Both the position numbers and the translations under genes were made by a program. From a virus (taxonomy: Duplodnaviria; Caudoviricetes): 57,032 nt of DNA. Below, piece by piece: positions 17,249 through 24,896 of the stretch. The stretch spans positions 1-57,032 of the IMG/VR virus record IMGVR_UViG_3300017963_000310; one strand, 5' to 3'. Every line of letters begins with the position of its first letter. Within the stretch, counting starts at the first letter, position 1. The notes beneath the pieces were generated by a model that was given only the letters and a program-made list of their open reading frames with translations, was not told where the DNA came from and ran no database searches.

Positions 17249-17875
17249 TCACTCCCGGGCCGATCGGGTGGCGACAGGCAGCCCGCGGTACAACACCTGG
17301 GCAGGGTCGAAGGGCCGAGGCTCGGGCAGGACCCGGTACACCATGCGGTAGGTGCGGGCTTTGTAGCCACGGATGTGGCGTAGCTTTTGTAGCCGCGGGT
17401 CCTGCCGGATGATGTGAAAGGCGGTGCCGTGCCGGTGTGGGCCCTCGACCACTACTACCACTATGTCCTTGCGGGTGAAAGCCTGGACTACGCCCTCGAA
17501 CCCGCAGGTAGCATACGCGTGCGCAATCCGCTGCGCGCGGCCCTCGACGGTGTCCCGGTAGGGCTGGCAGTCGAGGTTGGGCAACCTATAGCCGATCTCG
17601 ACCCAAGTGTTGTCGACGTCAACGATGTCAGTCTCGATGTCCAGCGCTTTGCGCAGCGCGTGGCATACGGACGAGTAGAAATCCTGTCCGATGTCGGGGC
17701 TGCCGTCCGGGGTGTTCCAGCGATCGAAGCTCAGAACGATGTGATCAGCTTCGACGTGCTCGGGCCATACCTCAAAGCGCCCCCAGTCGCCCTCGGCTGC
17801 GCCCTGTTCCTGGACCTGGACACAAATCTCGAAGAGCATGGCTTCCAGCTCGTGCAGAGTCGTATCTTTAAGCAT
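17249..17875 (-). CDS. Hypothetical early protein
   Basis: Start MLKDTTL with CCCAGGAGG RBS. Confidence 0.7.
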   Translation of the reverse strand: MLKDTTLHELEAMLFEICVQVQEQGAAEGDWGRFEVWPEHVEADHIVLSFDRWNTPDGSPDIGQDFYSSVCHALRKALDIETDIVDVDNTWVEIGYRLPNLDCQPYRDTVEGRAQRIAHAYATCGFEGVVQAFTRKDIVVVVVEGPHRHGTAFHIIRQDPRLQKLRHIRGYKARTYRMVYRVLPEPRPFDPAQVLYRGLPVATRSARE

Positions 17876-17903
17876 AGTGTTGTCCTCCTGGGACTGTGGG
17901 GCC

Positions 17904-18155
17904 TTAGCCCCAGCGGATGATAGTGGCTTGCTCGGTCCGGAGGTCAACCCCGCCCCCGCGCTGGATCACGCCGTCCCAGAAGCCGGTGATCACGTAGCCG
18001 TTGCTACGCTCTACCGTCAGCTGGCGCTGGTTGTGTTCCACCAGCAGGATCGTGCCGATGGGCAGCTTGCCTCGGCACCAGCCGGGCTGCCCCTCTTCCA
18101 AGAACGCTTGCGCGTCCTGGGGGAGTTCGGGGCTGGTCGTGCGCTGGGTTGTCAT
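17904..18155 (-). CDS. Hypothetical early protein
   Basis: Start MTTQRTT with GAGGAGGG RBS below P5. Confidence 0.65.
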   Translation of the reverse strand: MTTQRTTSPELPQDAQAFLEEGQPGWCRGKLPIGTILLVEHNQRQLTVERSNGYVITGFWDGVIQRGGGVDLRTEQATIIRWG

Positions 18156-18210
18156 CGGGTCCCTCCTCGGGAGCCTGGTGGACGATGCGGGGTGCCCGTC
18201 CTCATTTTCT

Positions 18211-18256
18211 ATTATACCACATCTTGGGCCTCGTGTCAATAGTACTCTGGTACTAT
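18211..18256 (-). promoter_or_regulatory. Repeated early promoter P5 plus operator
   Basis: -10 at 18211-16, -35 at 18234-39, palindrome 18239-18256. Confidence 0.9.
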
Positions 18257-18637
18257 ATCGGGGTCGGGTGGCATGATCTGGCACTGGTGCAGATAAGTGC
18301 GGCGTGCGCGTACTGCGGCGGGATAGTCTTCGAAGGGACCAGCTACCCGATGCCACCCGGCCAGCGGCGCGGTGGATAGGATGCAGTTATGCCGTCCGAC
18401 ATGTTCCTCTTCACTACCGGCCCGTCGCAACACCAGCCAGCCCTCGCTTAACAGGCTGGCGGCCACGTATAACCGCTCAGTGCCGTGTGGGTGGGTGCGG
18501 GCCTCTTCCTGGTTGAAGTCGTCCGCTAAGCGCAGCGCCTCCTCTTCGGACGAGCACACCGCGCTAACAACGGGGGTTACCCGGTGGCCAAGCGGGTTAG
18601 CGTAGCGTCCGATGCGGGCTACGATCCAGCAAATCAT
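18236..18637 (-). CDS. Hypothetical protein
   Basis: 133-aa ORF with AGGAGG RBS; 3' end runs into P5. Confidence 0.6.
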   Translation of the reverse strand: MICWIVARIGRYANPLGHRVTPVVSAVCSSEEEALRLADDFNQEEARTHPHGTERLYVAASLLSEGWLVLRRAGSEEEHVGRHNCILSTAPLAGWHRVAGPFEDYPAAVRARRTYLHQCQIMPPDPDIVPEYY

Positions 18638-18684
18638 AGGGTCCTCCTAACAGACCCGGGCCACTAGGGCCCGGGTGGGTGTCA

Positions 18685-18894
18685 CTACGTGCGCCATTCA
18701 GGCGAACGCTCAAAGGTGGGCGCGGGGATCGGCGGTACATCGCCGCGGGCCATCCGGTGCGCGTGATCCAGGCAGTAGTGGCCTGGGATAGGGGTGGGAT
18801 TGGAGCAGCCGGGCCACTGGCACGGGTTCCAATCTTTGCGGGGCTGCTGGTCGGGCAGCTGGCTATAGTTCGGGTTAACCACCTTACGGGACAT
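18685..18894 (-). CDS. Small Zn-finger-like protein
   Basis: CQWPGC..YCLDH; GAGGAGG RBS. Confidence 0.6.
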   Translation of the reverse strand: MSRKVVNPNYSQLPDQQPRKDWNPCQWPGCSNPTPIPGHYCLDHAHRMARGDVPPIPAPTFERSPEWRT

Positions 18895-18925
18895 ACAAAA
18901 TCCTCCTCTCACCTAACCGGACGGT

Positions 18926-18947
18926 AAAAAGGGCGGCGGGGCCGCCC
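18926..18947 (-). terminator. Intrinsic terminator downstream of the mini-tmRNA
   Basis: Minus strand GGGCGG-CCCCG-CCGCCC-TTTTT. Confidence 0.8.
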
Positions 18948-18956
18948 TGTAATGCG

Positions 18957-19068
18957 TGGTGGACGTGCCCGGAGTTGAACCGGGGTCTTGATCACGGGTG
19001 GTGGGCTGCGGGGTGTTGTGTGTCAGCGGCTGCAGCCCGCCCATGCCAATCGATGGCCTGTCACGCCC
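18957..19068 (-). ncRNA. tmRNA-like RNA reduced to the tRNA-like domain (112 nt, Ala identity, encoded CCA)
   Basis: 5' GGGCGTG pairs with 3' CACGTCC-A-CCA giving G3.U70; T arm CCCGG-TTCAACT-CCGGG preceded by AGAC; stemless D-loop ACAGGCCATCGA; long helix in place of anticodon arm. Confidence 0.78.
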
Positions 19069-19571
19069 TACGAAAGCGCTTGGATCAGCTCGTCGATGTT
19101 GCATTCCTGGCTGCCCAGGTAGTGGTGGTTCTGGCTGGCGCACATCTCGAGCGTGGGCAGGATGTAGGCCCGGGCGCGGCCTTGCTCCTCGGTGCCTTGG
19201 GTAGCCTGCTGGATCAGCCCGATGGCTGACAGTAGGTGATCGCGCGCTTCTTCCAGCTGCAGCACGCGCTCGTCCCGCTCATGCTGGGCTACGGCTTCGG
19301 CATGCAGCTCAATCTCGGCAGCGACGAGGTCCACACCATAGACCCATATCATCCAGTGACTGAGGGGGCTTTCTCGGTTCTCCAACCAGACCAGCCGGAC
19401 ATCGCCGTCCAATGTCTGGGTCAGCTGGCGGTAGTCCTCACGTGTGCCGTCCGTCTTGATGTAGAAGTAGATAAACGGGCCACACTGGGTCATGCGCTGC
19501 ACGACGGCGTACTCGCGGGTGTTATATTCCTCAACAATGTCTTGCGCGTGAGTGTCGATGTCGATGGTCAT
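19068..19571 (-). CDS. Hypothetical early protein
   Basis: 167-aa ORF with CCCAGGAGG RBS below P6; last base of its TAG is G1 of the ncRNA. Confidence 0.7.
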   Translation of the reverse strand: MTIDIDTHAQDIVEEYNTREYAVVQRMTQCGPFIYFYIKTDGTREDYRQLTQTLDGDVRLVWLENRESPLSHWMIWVYGVDLVAAEIELHAEAVAQHERDERVLQLEEARDHLLSAIGLIQQATQGTEEQGRARAYILPTLEMCASQNHHYLGSQECNIDELIQALS

Positions 19572-19607
19572 GCGATGCCTCCTGGGCTAGTGTTTAATCG
19601 TACTTCC

Positions 19608-19653
19608 ATTATACCACGCCTTGCGTCTCGTGTCAATAGTACTCTGGTACTAT
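19608..19653 (-). promoter_or_regulatory. Repeated early promoter P6 plus operator
   Basis: -10 at 19608-13, -35 at 19631-36, palindrome 19636-19653. Confidence 0.9.
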
Positions 19654-19952
19654 ATCGAGTTGGCATACTTGCGCGACCAGGGGCTGCGCGCGGCAACACG
19701 CCACCGACGCAGGTCGCCGGTGATGCGGCGCATCTCCCGCGCGAGTTCTACCAGGTCGTAGTAGCGGCTGGCGGAGGGGTGCCACAGGGCACTGTCGGGC
19801 GCGCGTTGGTGTAGCACCAGACGATAGGCCCGGTCCTCTGGCCCTAACCAGACCGGGTGCACATAGGCCCAGGTGTTGGTGTCTTCGTACTCCAGGGCAT
19901 ACGCGCCCTGGGGGTGGTCTAGATACTTGCCGATGCGAGTGGTGGGCGGCAT
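19650..19952 (-). CDS. Hypothetical protein, paralog of 20204..20521
   Basis: LD.P...Y.L.Y.D...WAY.HPV......R.YRLV...R.P....W.P shared; AAGGAG RBS. Confidence 0.7.
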   Translation of the reverse strand: MPPTTRIGKYLDHPQGAYALEYEDTNTWAYVHPVWLGPEDRAYRLVLHQRAPDSALWHPSASRYYDLVELAREMRRITGDLRRWRVAARSPWSRKYANSI

Positions 19953-19956
19953 GCTG

Positions 19957-20199
19957 TTACTCCTTGGTGACGGCGATTAGCCGCAGCACGTATAGCTCTT
20001 GGACTCGGTCGATGGCAATCGTAGTTAACGTAAACTGGCCGATGGTTAGCCTCTCACTCGTGCACAGCAGGTCACTGCTGCCGCGCAGGTAGTGTACGAC
20101 GTCAAACGACGCCAGGGTGTACGGCGACACGCCTATCCAATGGTACTCGTACTGGTCAAGGTCGGGATAGTAGGTCACCCGGATGGTGGAGTACCGCAT
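19957..20199 (-). CDS. Hypothetical protein
   Basis: Start MRYSTIRV; fills the gap between coupled ORFs. Confidence 0.55.
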   Translation of the reverse strand: MRYSTIRVTYYPDLDQYEYHWIGVSPYTLASFDVVHYLRGSSDLLCTSERLTIGQFTLTTIAIDRVQELYVLRLIAVTKE

Positions 20200-20203
20200 G
20201 CCG

Positions 20204-20521
20204 TCACCCTTCCGGCCAGGGGCCATAGTGTAGGATGCAGGACGAGGGGCGCAGCACCGGCTTCCAGAGGTCCAGGTCTGGGACCAGGTCGCGCATCGCA
20301 CGCGTGACCTCCTGCAGCGTGCGGTGCCGGGTGTCTTGCACTGGGTCCCAGATGTTGGTGCCAGGCACGCGACGGTTGTGCACTAAGCGGTACAACCGTT
20401 CTCCCGAGTGCGGCAGGACGGGGTGCGCGTAGGCCCACAGGTCCGGGTCCTTGTACTGTAGGCCGTACCGGCTGGAGGGGTTGTCTAGCCAGGTGCGAAA
20501 GCGAACCGGGTAGTCATCCAT
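20204..20521 (-). CDS. Hypothetical protein, paralog of 19650..19952
   Basis: Shared motif with 19650..19952. Confidence 0.7.
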   Translation of the reverse strand: MDDYPVRFRTWLDNPSSRYGLQYKDPDLWAYAHPVLPHSGERLYRLVHNRRVPGTNIWDPVQDTRHRTLQEVTRAMRDLVPDLDLWKPVLRPSSCILHYGPWPEG

Positions 20522-20804
20522 GGCGCGGGCTCTGGTAGTATGCTAACCGCTCGTAGAGGCGCTGGCGCTCGGAGCGCGTGAAGCCGCCCCGAGCTAGAAA
20601 GTCCTCGTTGTAGCCGCGCAGCAGATCAACAAAGGCCTGGGCCAGCTCCCATTCGTGCTGGTCCCACAGGTAGCGCAAGATGCGACCCGTGCGCCAGGAT
20701 ACCGCGGGCAGCAGGGTGTCCAGCCGTTGCATGACCTCGGGGTCTCGTTGACGTAAACGCTGCTCGATGGTCGGGCAGATCACGCTAGTCTGGGGGTGCA
20801 GCAT
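20514..20804 (-). CDS. Hypothetical protein
   Basis: 96-aa ORF, GGAGG RBS, coupled to neighbours. Confidence 0.6.
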   Translation of the reverse strand: MLHPQTSVICPTIEQRLRQRDPEVMQRLDTLLPAVSWRTGRILRYLWDQHEWELAQAFVDLLRGYNEDFLARGGFTRSERQRLYERLAYYQSPRHG

Positions 20805-21072
20805 CGGAGACCTCCAAGAGCGCAGCCAACACCATGTGCCCCGCCTCGGTCAGCTGGTAGCGGTTGCCCGGCAAACGCTCAACCAGCCTACGCCGCAGCA
20901 GTGTCGACCACAACTGGGTAATGGCGCTGGGCGGGGGTGGCAAATACGGACCGGGCACCGACTCTTCGCCCTGGAACGAGCGCACAATGTGCCGCTCGTC
21001 GGGGGACATATCACGCAGCGCCCAGAACGCGACTAGCTCGTCCTTGTTCATCTTGCGCGGTAGCTTAGTCAT
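20785..21072 (-). CDS. Winged-helix-like DNA-binding protein
   Basis: WSTLLRRRLVE....YQLTEAG. Confidence 0.55.
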   Translation of the reverse strand: MTKLPRKMNKDELVAFWALRDMSPDERHIVRSFQGEESVPGPYLPPPPSAITQLWSTLLRRRLVERLPGNRYQLTEAGHMVLAALLEVSDAAPPD

Positions 21073-21598
21073 GCGCCATGACCTCCTGCATCACCACGGT
21101 CAGCACCTCGCGGCCCAACGGGGTAATGCGGTACCGGGCGGTCAGCCAGTCTTCGTTCCAGGCCTTGGTGATGACGCCAGCCCGCAGCATGGCTTCCAGC
21201 GCGGGTCGGGTGGGCTGGGGGGTGTGGGTCGGGCTGTTGACGTCGATACCGCTTAGGCTGGTCTGGTTGAGGTAGAAACCTTGCAACAGCAGGTTGTGGG
21301 CCAGCGGCGGCAAGGCCTCGTAGGCAGCCACCGGGCCCAACTCACCCGCGGGCGGGTCGTTGCGGCTAGCGAACTCGGGGTCCAGGCGACGCTCTAAGAC
21401 ATCCACCCGGGCCATCACGCGGCGCTGTAGCTCACGCCGGTACTCGGGGGACAGGACGGTGTCGTGCAGCTCCTTGCGCATGGCGGCGATCGGAAAGTAA
21501 CGCGGCCCGGTACTGTCCGGGTGGTTACGCCAAGAGAAGATGCGCCATAACGCTATCGAGCGGGCGTGACGGCAGACAAAACGATTAGCAGGGGTCAT
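21065..21598 (-). CDS. Hypothetical protein with C-terminal winged-helix-like motif
   Basis: LEAMLRAGVI....YRITPLGREVL; AAGGAG RBS below promoter at 21633. Confidence 0.6.
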   Translation of the reverse strand: MTPANRFVCRHARSIALWRIFSWRNHPDSTGPRYFPIAAMRKELHDTVLSPEYRRELQRRVMARVDVLERRLDPEFASRNDPPAGELGPVAAYEALPPLAHNLLLQGFYLNQTSLSGIDVNSPTHTPQPTRPALEAMLRAGVITKAWNEDWLTARYRITPLGREVLTVVMQEVMAHD

Positions 21599-21632
21599 GA
21601 TCTTGCTCTCCTTGGTGGTGGTCGGTGTTTTC

Positions 21633-21678
21633 ATTAAACCACGGCTTAGCGCTCGGTGCAATAGTACCCTGGTACTAG
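21633..21678 (-). promoter_or_regulatory. Promoter TTGCAC-17-TTTAAT with TAGTAC-CCTG-GTACTA operator
   Basis: -10 at 21633-38, -35 at 21656-61, GTAC at 21664 and 21672. Confidence 0.75.
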
Positions 21679-21924
21679 GCCATCGCTAGGCTGCCAAGGC
21701 TCGAGGCCCAGGTACTCCACCTGCCAGGTTATGCCCGTCGTGACCCGGTCCCAGGCTAACACAGGCCGACCGGGCCGGTGCCACCAGGCGCGCGGGCGAC
21801 GCCAGCGGTACTGGTAGATGGTAGCCCGCGCGATTTCGCCATCCACTAGGATACGCACGCGGGCGTATGGGCGGCGGTGGGCCTCGATCGGGCCCAGCAG
21901 CAGGTCAAGTAGTCGGCTTAGCAT
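21646..21924 (-). CDS. Hypothetical protein
   Basis: 92-aa ORF in overlapping chain. Confidence 0.55.
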   Translation of the reverse strand: MLSRLLDLLLGPIEAHRRPYARVRILVDGEIARATIYQYRWRRPRAWWHRPGRPVLAWDRVTTGITWQVEYLGLEPWQPSDGLVPGYYCTER

Positions 21925-22288
21925 GACTCAACCTATCCAGCACGGCACCAGCCAACGCGGCTTCGGTTTCGATCCAAGGGCGCATGTTGGTGTACGCAAT
22001 CAGGGCCCCGTTGGGCGCGGTGCGGGTGATGCGCTCGATGCCGTCAAACCCTTCTTTAGCGATCTGCAGTATAGCGTCGATGTACTCGGCATCGGCGGCC
22101 ACCGGGCGCACCGTATAGATACGCACAGCCGGGTACCAGCCAACTAGATCAAAGTCGTCGATGTCGACGTTAAGCTCGATGACCTTGCAGCCCAGCCAGT
22201 ACAGCCGGAACCAGGTCTTGTGACCTAGCCAGCGCAACAGGCGGGGGATCAGGCCGGGGCGGTGCCCGTATATGATGTTACTTTTCAT
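21905..22288 (-). CDS. Hypothetical protein
   Basis: Start MKSNIIYG with GAGGAG RBS. Confidence 0.6.
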   Translation of the reverse strand: MKSNIIYGHRPGLIPRLLRWLGHKTWFRLYWLGCKVIELNVDIDDFDLVGWYPAVRIYTVRPVAADAEYIDAILQIAKEGFDGIERITRTAPNGALIAYTNMRPWIETEAALAGAVLDRLSHAKPTT

Positions 22289-22787
22289 CGGTTGTTTGCT
22301 CCTCGGTCGGCTCTTGCGGACCAGAATACAGGTCAAGACTACGGTAAATGGGCGGTATGGGGCGACGCTCGGCGGTTCGCAGCAATAGGGTGTCCCGCGC
22401 GGGGCAATAACCCACTCGCAGCAGCAGATACACGCCCTGGGCGGGGTCCTGGGCAATTAGCTGCTCCAGCTTTACGACGTCCTCAACGATGGATGGAGAC
22501 AGCTCGGGGTAAAAGACCAGCTCGGGCAGTAAGCGCAAGCGGCGTAACCAGCGGGTCTTGCGGCCAGGCTTGAACGAATACGGCGGCACGTACCCGGCCC
22601 GACAGCTAGCAGGACGGAAGATGACCTCGGTTGGCCGGTATACGCAACGGATGGTAGTAGTATGGTTGATCTGCGGCCATTTATCCAGCAGGGCCCCATA
22701 GGCGATCTGGACCACGCGTTCGTGCCAGTCGCCCAACAGTGCGGCGAGTTCCTCGTTACGTCGATGCATCGTCTTCCTCTTCGACAT
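22278..22787 (-). CDS. Hypothetical protein
   Basis: Start near MSKRKTM; overlapping chain. Confidence 0.55.
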   Translation of the reverse strand: MSKRKTMHRRNEELAALLGDWHERVVQIAYGALLDKWPQINHTTTIRCVYRPTEVIFRPASCRAGYVPPYSFKPGRKTRWLRRLRLLPELVFYPELSPSIVEDVVKLEQLIAQDPAQGVYLLLRVGYCPARDTLLLRTAERRPIPPIYRSLDLYSGPQEPTEEQTTDEK

Positions 22788-23640
22788 GGGCGTCCACTCC
22801 GGCCAGATACTCGGCATAGGTAGCGTACGCTTCACCGGTGAGCTCTGACACAAAAGGCTTAGGTCGTGTTGGCCAGGGGCCGGTGCCGTGACTGTAAGGG
22901 CCGGACGTGCCGTAGCTGTAAGGCATGCCCTGCATGTACCCACTGTAGGCTGGGGGGTTATCCTCCCACCAGTCGCGTTTTTCGGCGTGTGTGGCGGTGT
23001 ACCCTAGCAGGACGTCCTCGGGTTTGGGCCAGCCAAGGCTGGGCTCGTCCGGTACGGGGATAGGCGGCGGCTTTTTGCGTAAAAACAAAAAGTCAAGAAG
23101 CAAGCCGCCTGGTACCACTATGCCGGTAAAAAGCAAGAAGCCACGGGACGCCCAACCTGCGAAGATCCCCCACAGGGCAATGGCCACCAACCGGGTTAAC
23201 CAGCCCCATGGGTTACGGCGCAGCCAGGCGGGCATCGACCGGGGGCGGCGTTTGCGCTTGCGGCGGTACAGGGGCATGTCGGGCAGGTCAACCTCGGCTT
23301 TAGCGCTGGAGTGATAGTACACCGGGCAGCGCAGCTTGCCGGTGGCGTGTGTGCTCAGAGGCTGCCCGGTGCGGGAGTCGTACCTGGTGGCGTTGTACGA
23401 TACGTCCAACAGCAAACGTCGCCCACAGGCCGGGCAGTGGCTATGCTCAAACTCGCCCGGTTTTACGCGCCGGGTGTATTTACCCACGCGACGATGGGTA
23501 ACGAGCCAGCGGCTAAGCAGCTTGCCGGGGGTAGGGATCAGCACGTGTAGCGCATCGTCCAGCATGAGGATGGTCACCTCGGCCAACAGCCAGAAGGGCC
23601 AGAAAAGGAGCAGAACGAATAGCAGATCACCATCGGTCAT
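22756..23640 (-). CDS. Membrane protein with internal Zn-ribbon (CPACG..C..H)
   Basis: N-terminal TM, two further hydrophobic segments; GGAGG RBS. Confidence 0.6.
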   Translation of the reverse strand: MTDGDLLFVLLLFWPFWLLAEVTILMLDDALHVLIPTPGKLLSRWLVTHRRVGKYTRRVKPGEFEHSHCPACGRRLLLDVSYNATRYDSRTGQPLSTHATGKLRCPVYYHSSAKAEVDLPDMPLYRRKRKRRPRSMPAWLRRNPWGWLTRLVAIALWGIFAGWASRGFLLFTGIVVPGGLLLDFLFLRKKPPPIPVPDEPSLGWPKPEDVLLGYTATHAEKRDWWEDNPPAYSGYMQGMPYSYGTSGPYSHGTGPWPTRPKPFVSELTGEAYATYAEYLAGVDAHVEEEDDAST

Positions 23641-23905
23641 GGTGTTCCTCCCGGAAGAGATCCTCGATCCGGATGTCCAGCTGCCAGTCCTCCCAAGGCT
23701 TGGGGCGGCGCGTGTAGGCGGCTATCTCGACTAGGACGCCAAAAAAGACGACCCAGAACGCAAACAGCCAGGGGCGCAGGGTGATGTCCAGCAGCTGGGT
23801 GCAGACCAGGTATACCACCACAGCGGTACAGCCTCGCCCGATCCAGCTTCGGGGACGGCTAAAGGCGGCGCGAATAAAACGCAAGATTGGGTGTCGATCA
23901 GTCAT
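23627..23905 (-). CDS. Small two-TM membrane protein
   Basis: Start MTDRHP with AGGAG RBS; two hydrophobic stretches. Confidence 0.6.
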   Translation of the reverse strand: MTDRHPILRFIRAAFSRPRSWIGRGCTAVVVYLVCTQLLDITLRPWLFAFWVVFFGVLVEIAAYTRRPKPWEDWQLDIRIEDLFREEHHDRW

Positions 23906-24311
23906 CGGTAGGGGGCTCCTGTCGGTTATTGGGCGAGTCGAGCACGATCTGCTTGGCCTTGGTGATGGCTTCATACCGGAACCAGCGGGCCCCGAGATCG
24001 GTTAGTCTAAAGATGCTTACGGGCGGGGCGTGAACGACAAAATCAGCCAGACCCAGCTGCTCCATCTGCACCGCCTGCTGGAGGGTGCACGGGGTGCTTT
24101 CCCATTCCGAAGCACAAAACAGCATGTGCCCCAACGGTAGACAGGTAGGGCGCAGGGCGTTGATCTGGGCCACGATGCGGCGCATAGACGCGGTAGGCTT
24201 GCCAGGCGGGTCTTTCCGCAGCGCGGCGTAGCGTACGGCGGTCACCTTGTCCTGCCAGCGGCGCAGCCGAGACAAGCGCTTCACGATCGAGTTGCGGTTC
24301 CTAGTAGGCAT
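23898..24311 (-). CDS. Hypothetical basic protein
   Basis: Start MPTRNRN; C-term FRLTDLG winged-helix-like. Confidence 0.55.
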   Translation of the reverse strand: MPTRNRNSIVKRLSRLRRWQDKVTAVRYAALRKDPPGKPTASMRRIVAQINALRPTCLPLGHMLFCASEWESTPCTLQQAVQMEQLGLADFVVHAPPVSIFRLTDLGARWFRYEAITKAKQIVLDSPNNRQEPPTDD

Positions 24312-24591
24312 AGTCGTCTCCCATCTCGGGGAACTGTTCGCAAGCGACGGCACCCGGCACTTTGTCGCCGTAGTCGCGCACCGCCTCGAACGGGACAGGG
24401 TCGCCGTACAGCTCGGCATACTCGGCAGGCATACGCTTTAACAACAGGTAGGCACACCAACCATCGACCCGTTTGGAGACCACGACCCGCACCGGGATCA
24501 TGCCCCAAGCGTAGGTCTCGATGAAAGAATACTGGCCGGGCTCTAGCGGCGGGTACGGGACCGGCTGGCCGGGTATAAAGGACATGGTCAT
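24301..24591 (-). CDS. Hypothetical protein
   Basis: 96-aa ORF with AGGAGG RBS. Confidence 0.6.
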   Translation of the reverse strand: MTMSFIPGQPVPYPPLEPGQYSFIETYAWGMIPVRVVVSKRVDGWCAYLLLKRMPAEYAELYGDPVPFEAVRDYGDKVPGAVACEQFPEMGDDYAY

Positions 24592-24592
24592 G

Positions 24593-24895
24593 CTATTCCT
24601 CCTGGGGTGTATGATCGGGCGGCATAGGCCCGCAGCGGTTGGGGTGACGGGCGGCTAGAGTCCGTAGGGGCCCGATCTCCTCGCGCAGCTGGCGCAGCTC
24701 CTGGTGCCAGCGCGGGCCGACATCTCGCCAGTCGCGAAGCTCCAGCAGGGCGCTGCGTACCAAGTCGGGACTAAGGACAGGCGCGGGCTGGGTGCTGGCC
24801 ACGCGCAGCAAGAGGTCGAGATTGTCCCGGCTGATGGGGTCGTAGCGGTTAGTGGCGCCGGGTAGCTCCCAAGGTCGAATGCGACGGGGTGACAT
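24593..24895 (-). CDS. Hypothetical protein with one copy of the RALWEL-type module
   Basis: YDPISRDNLDLLL..LVRSALLELRDWR then coiled coil; GAGGAG RBS. Confidence 0.65.
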   Translation of the reverse strand: MSPRRIRPWELPGATNRYDPISRDNLDLLLRVASTQPAPVLSPDLVRSALLELRDWRDVGPRWHQELRQLREEIGPLRTLAARHPNRCGPMPPDHTPQEE

Positions 24896-24896
24896 G

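Noticed and set aside
13540-18356. ORF-track N-terminal extensions such as MTRGSKCGIIEV and MWYNRS that look like a repeated peptide
   Set aside because: They are translations of the repeated promoter; real starts follow the CCCAGGAGG RBS downstream.
18957-19068. Standard tRNA-Ala or attP site
   Set aside because: There is no D stem or 7-nt anticodon loop. Both the 5' and 3' acceptor strands are present and no integrase is seen.
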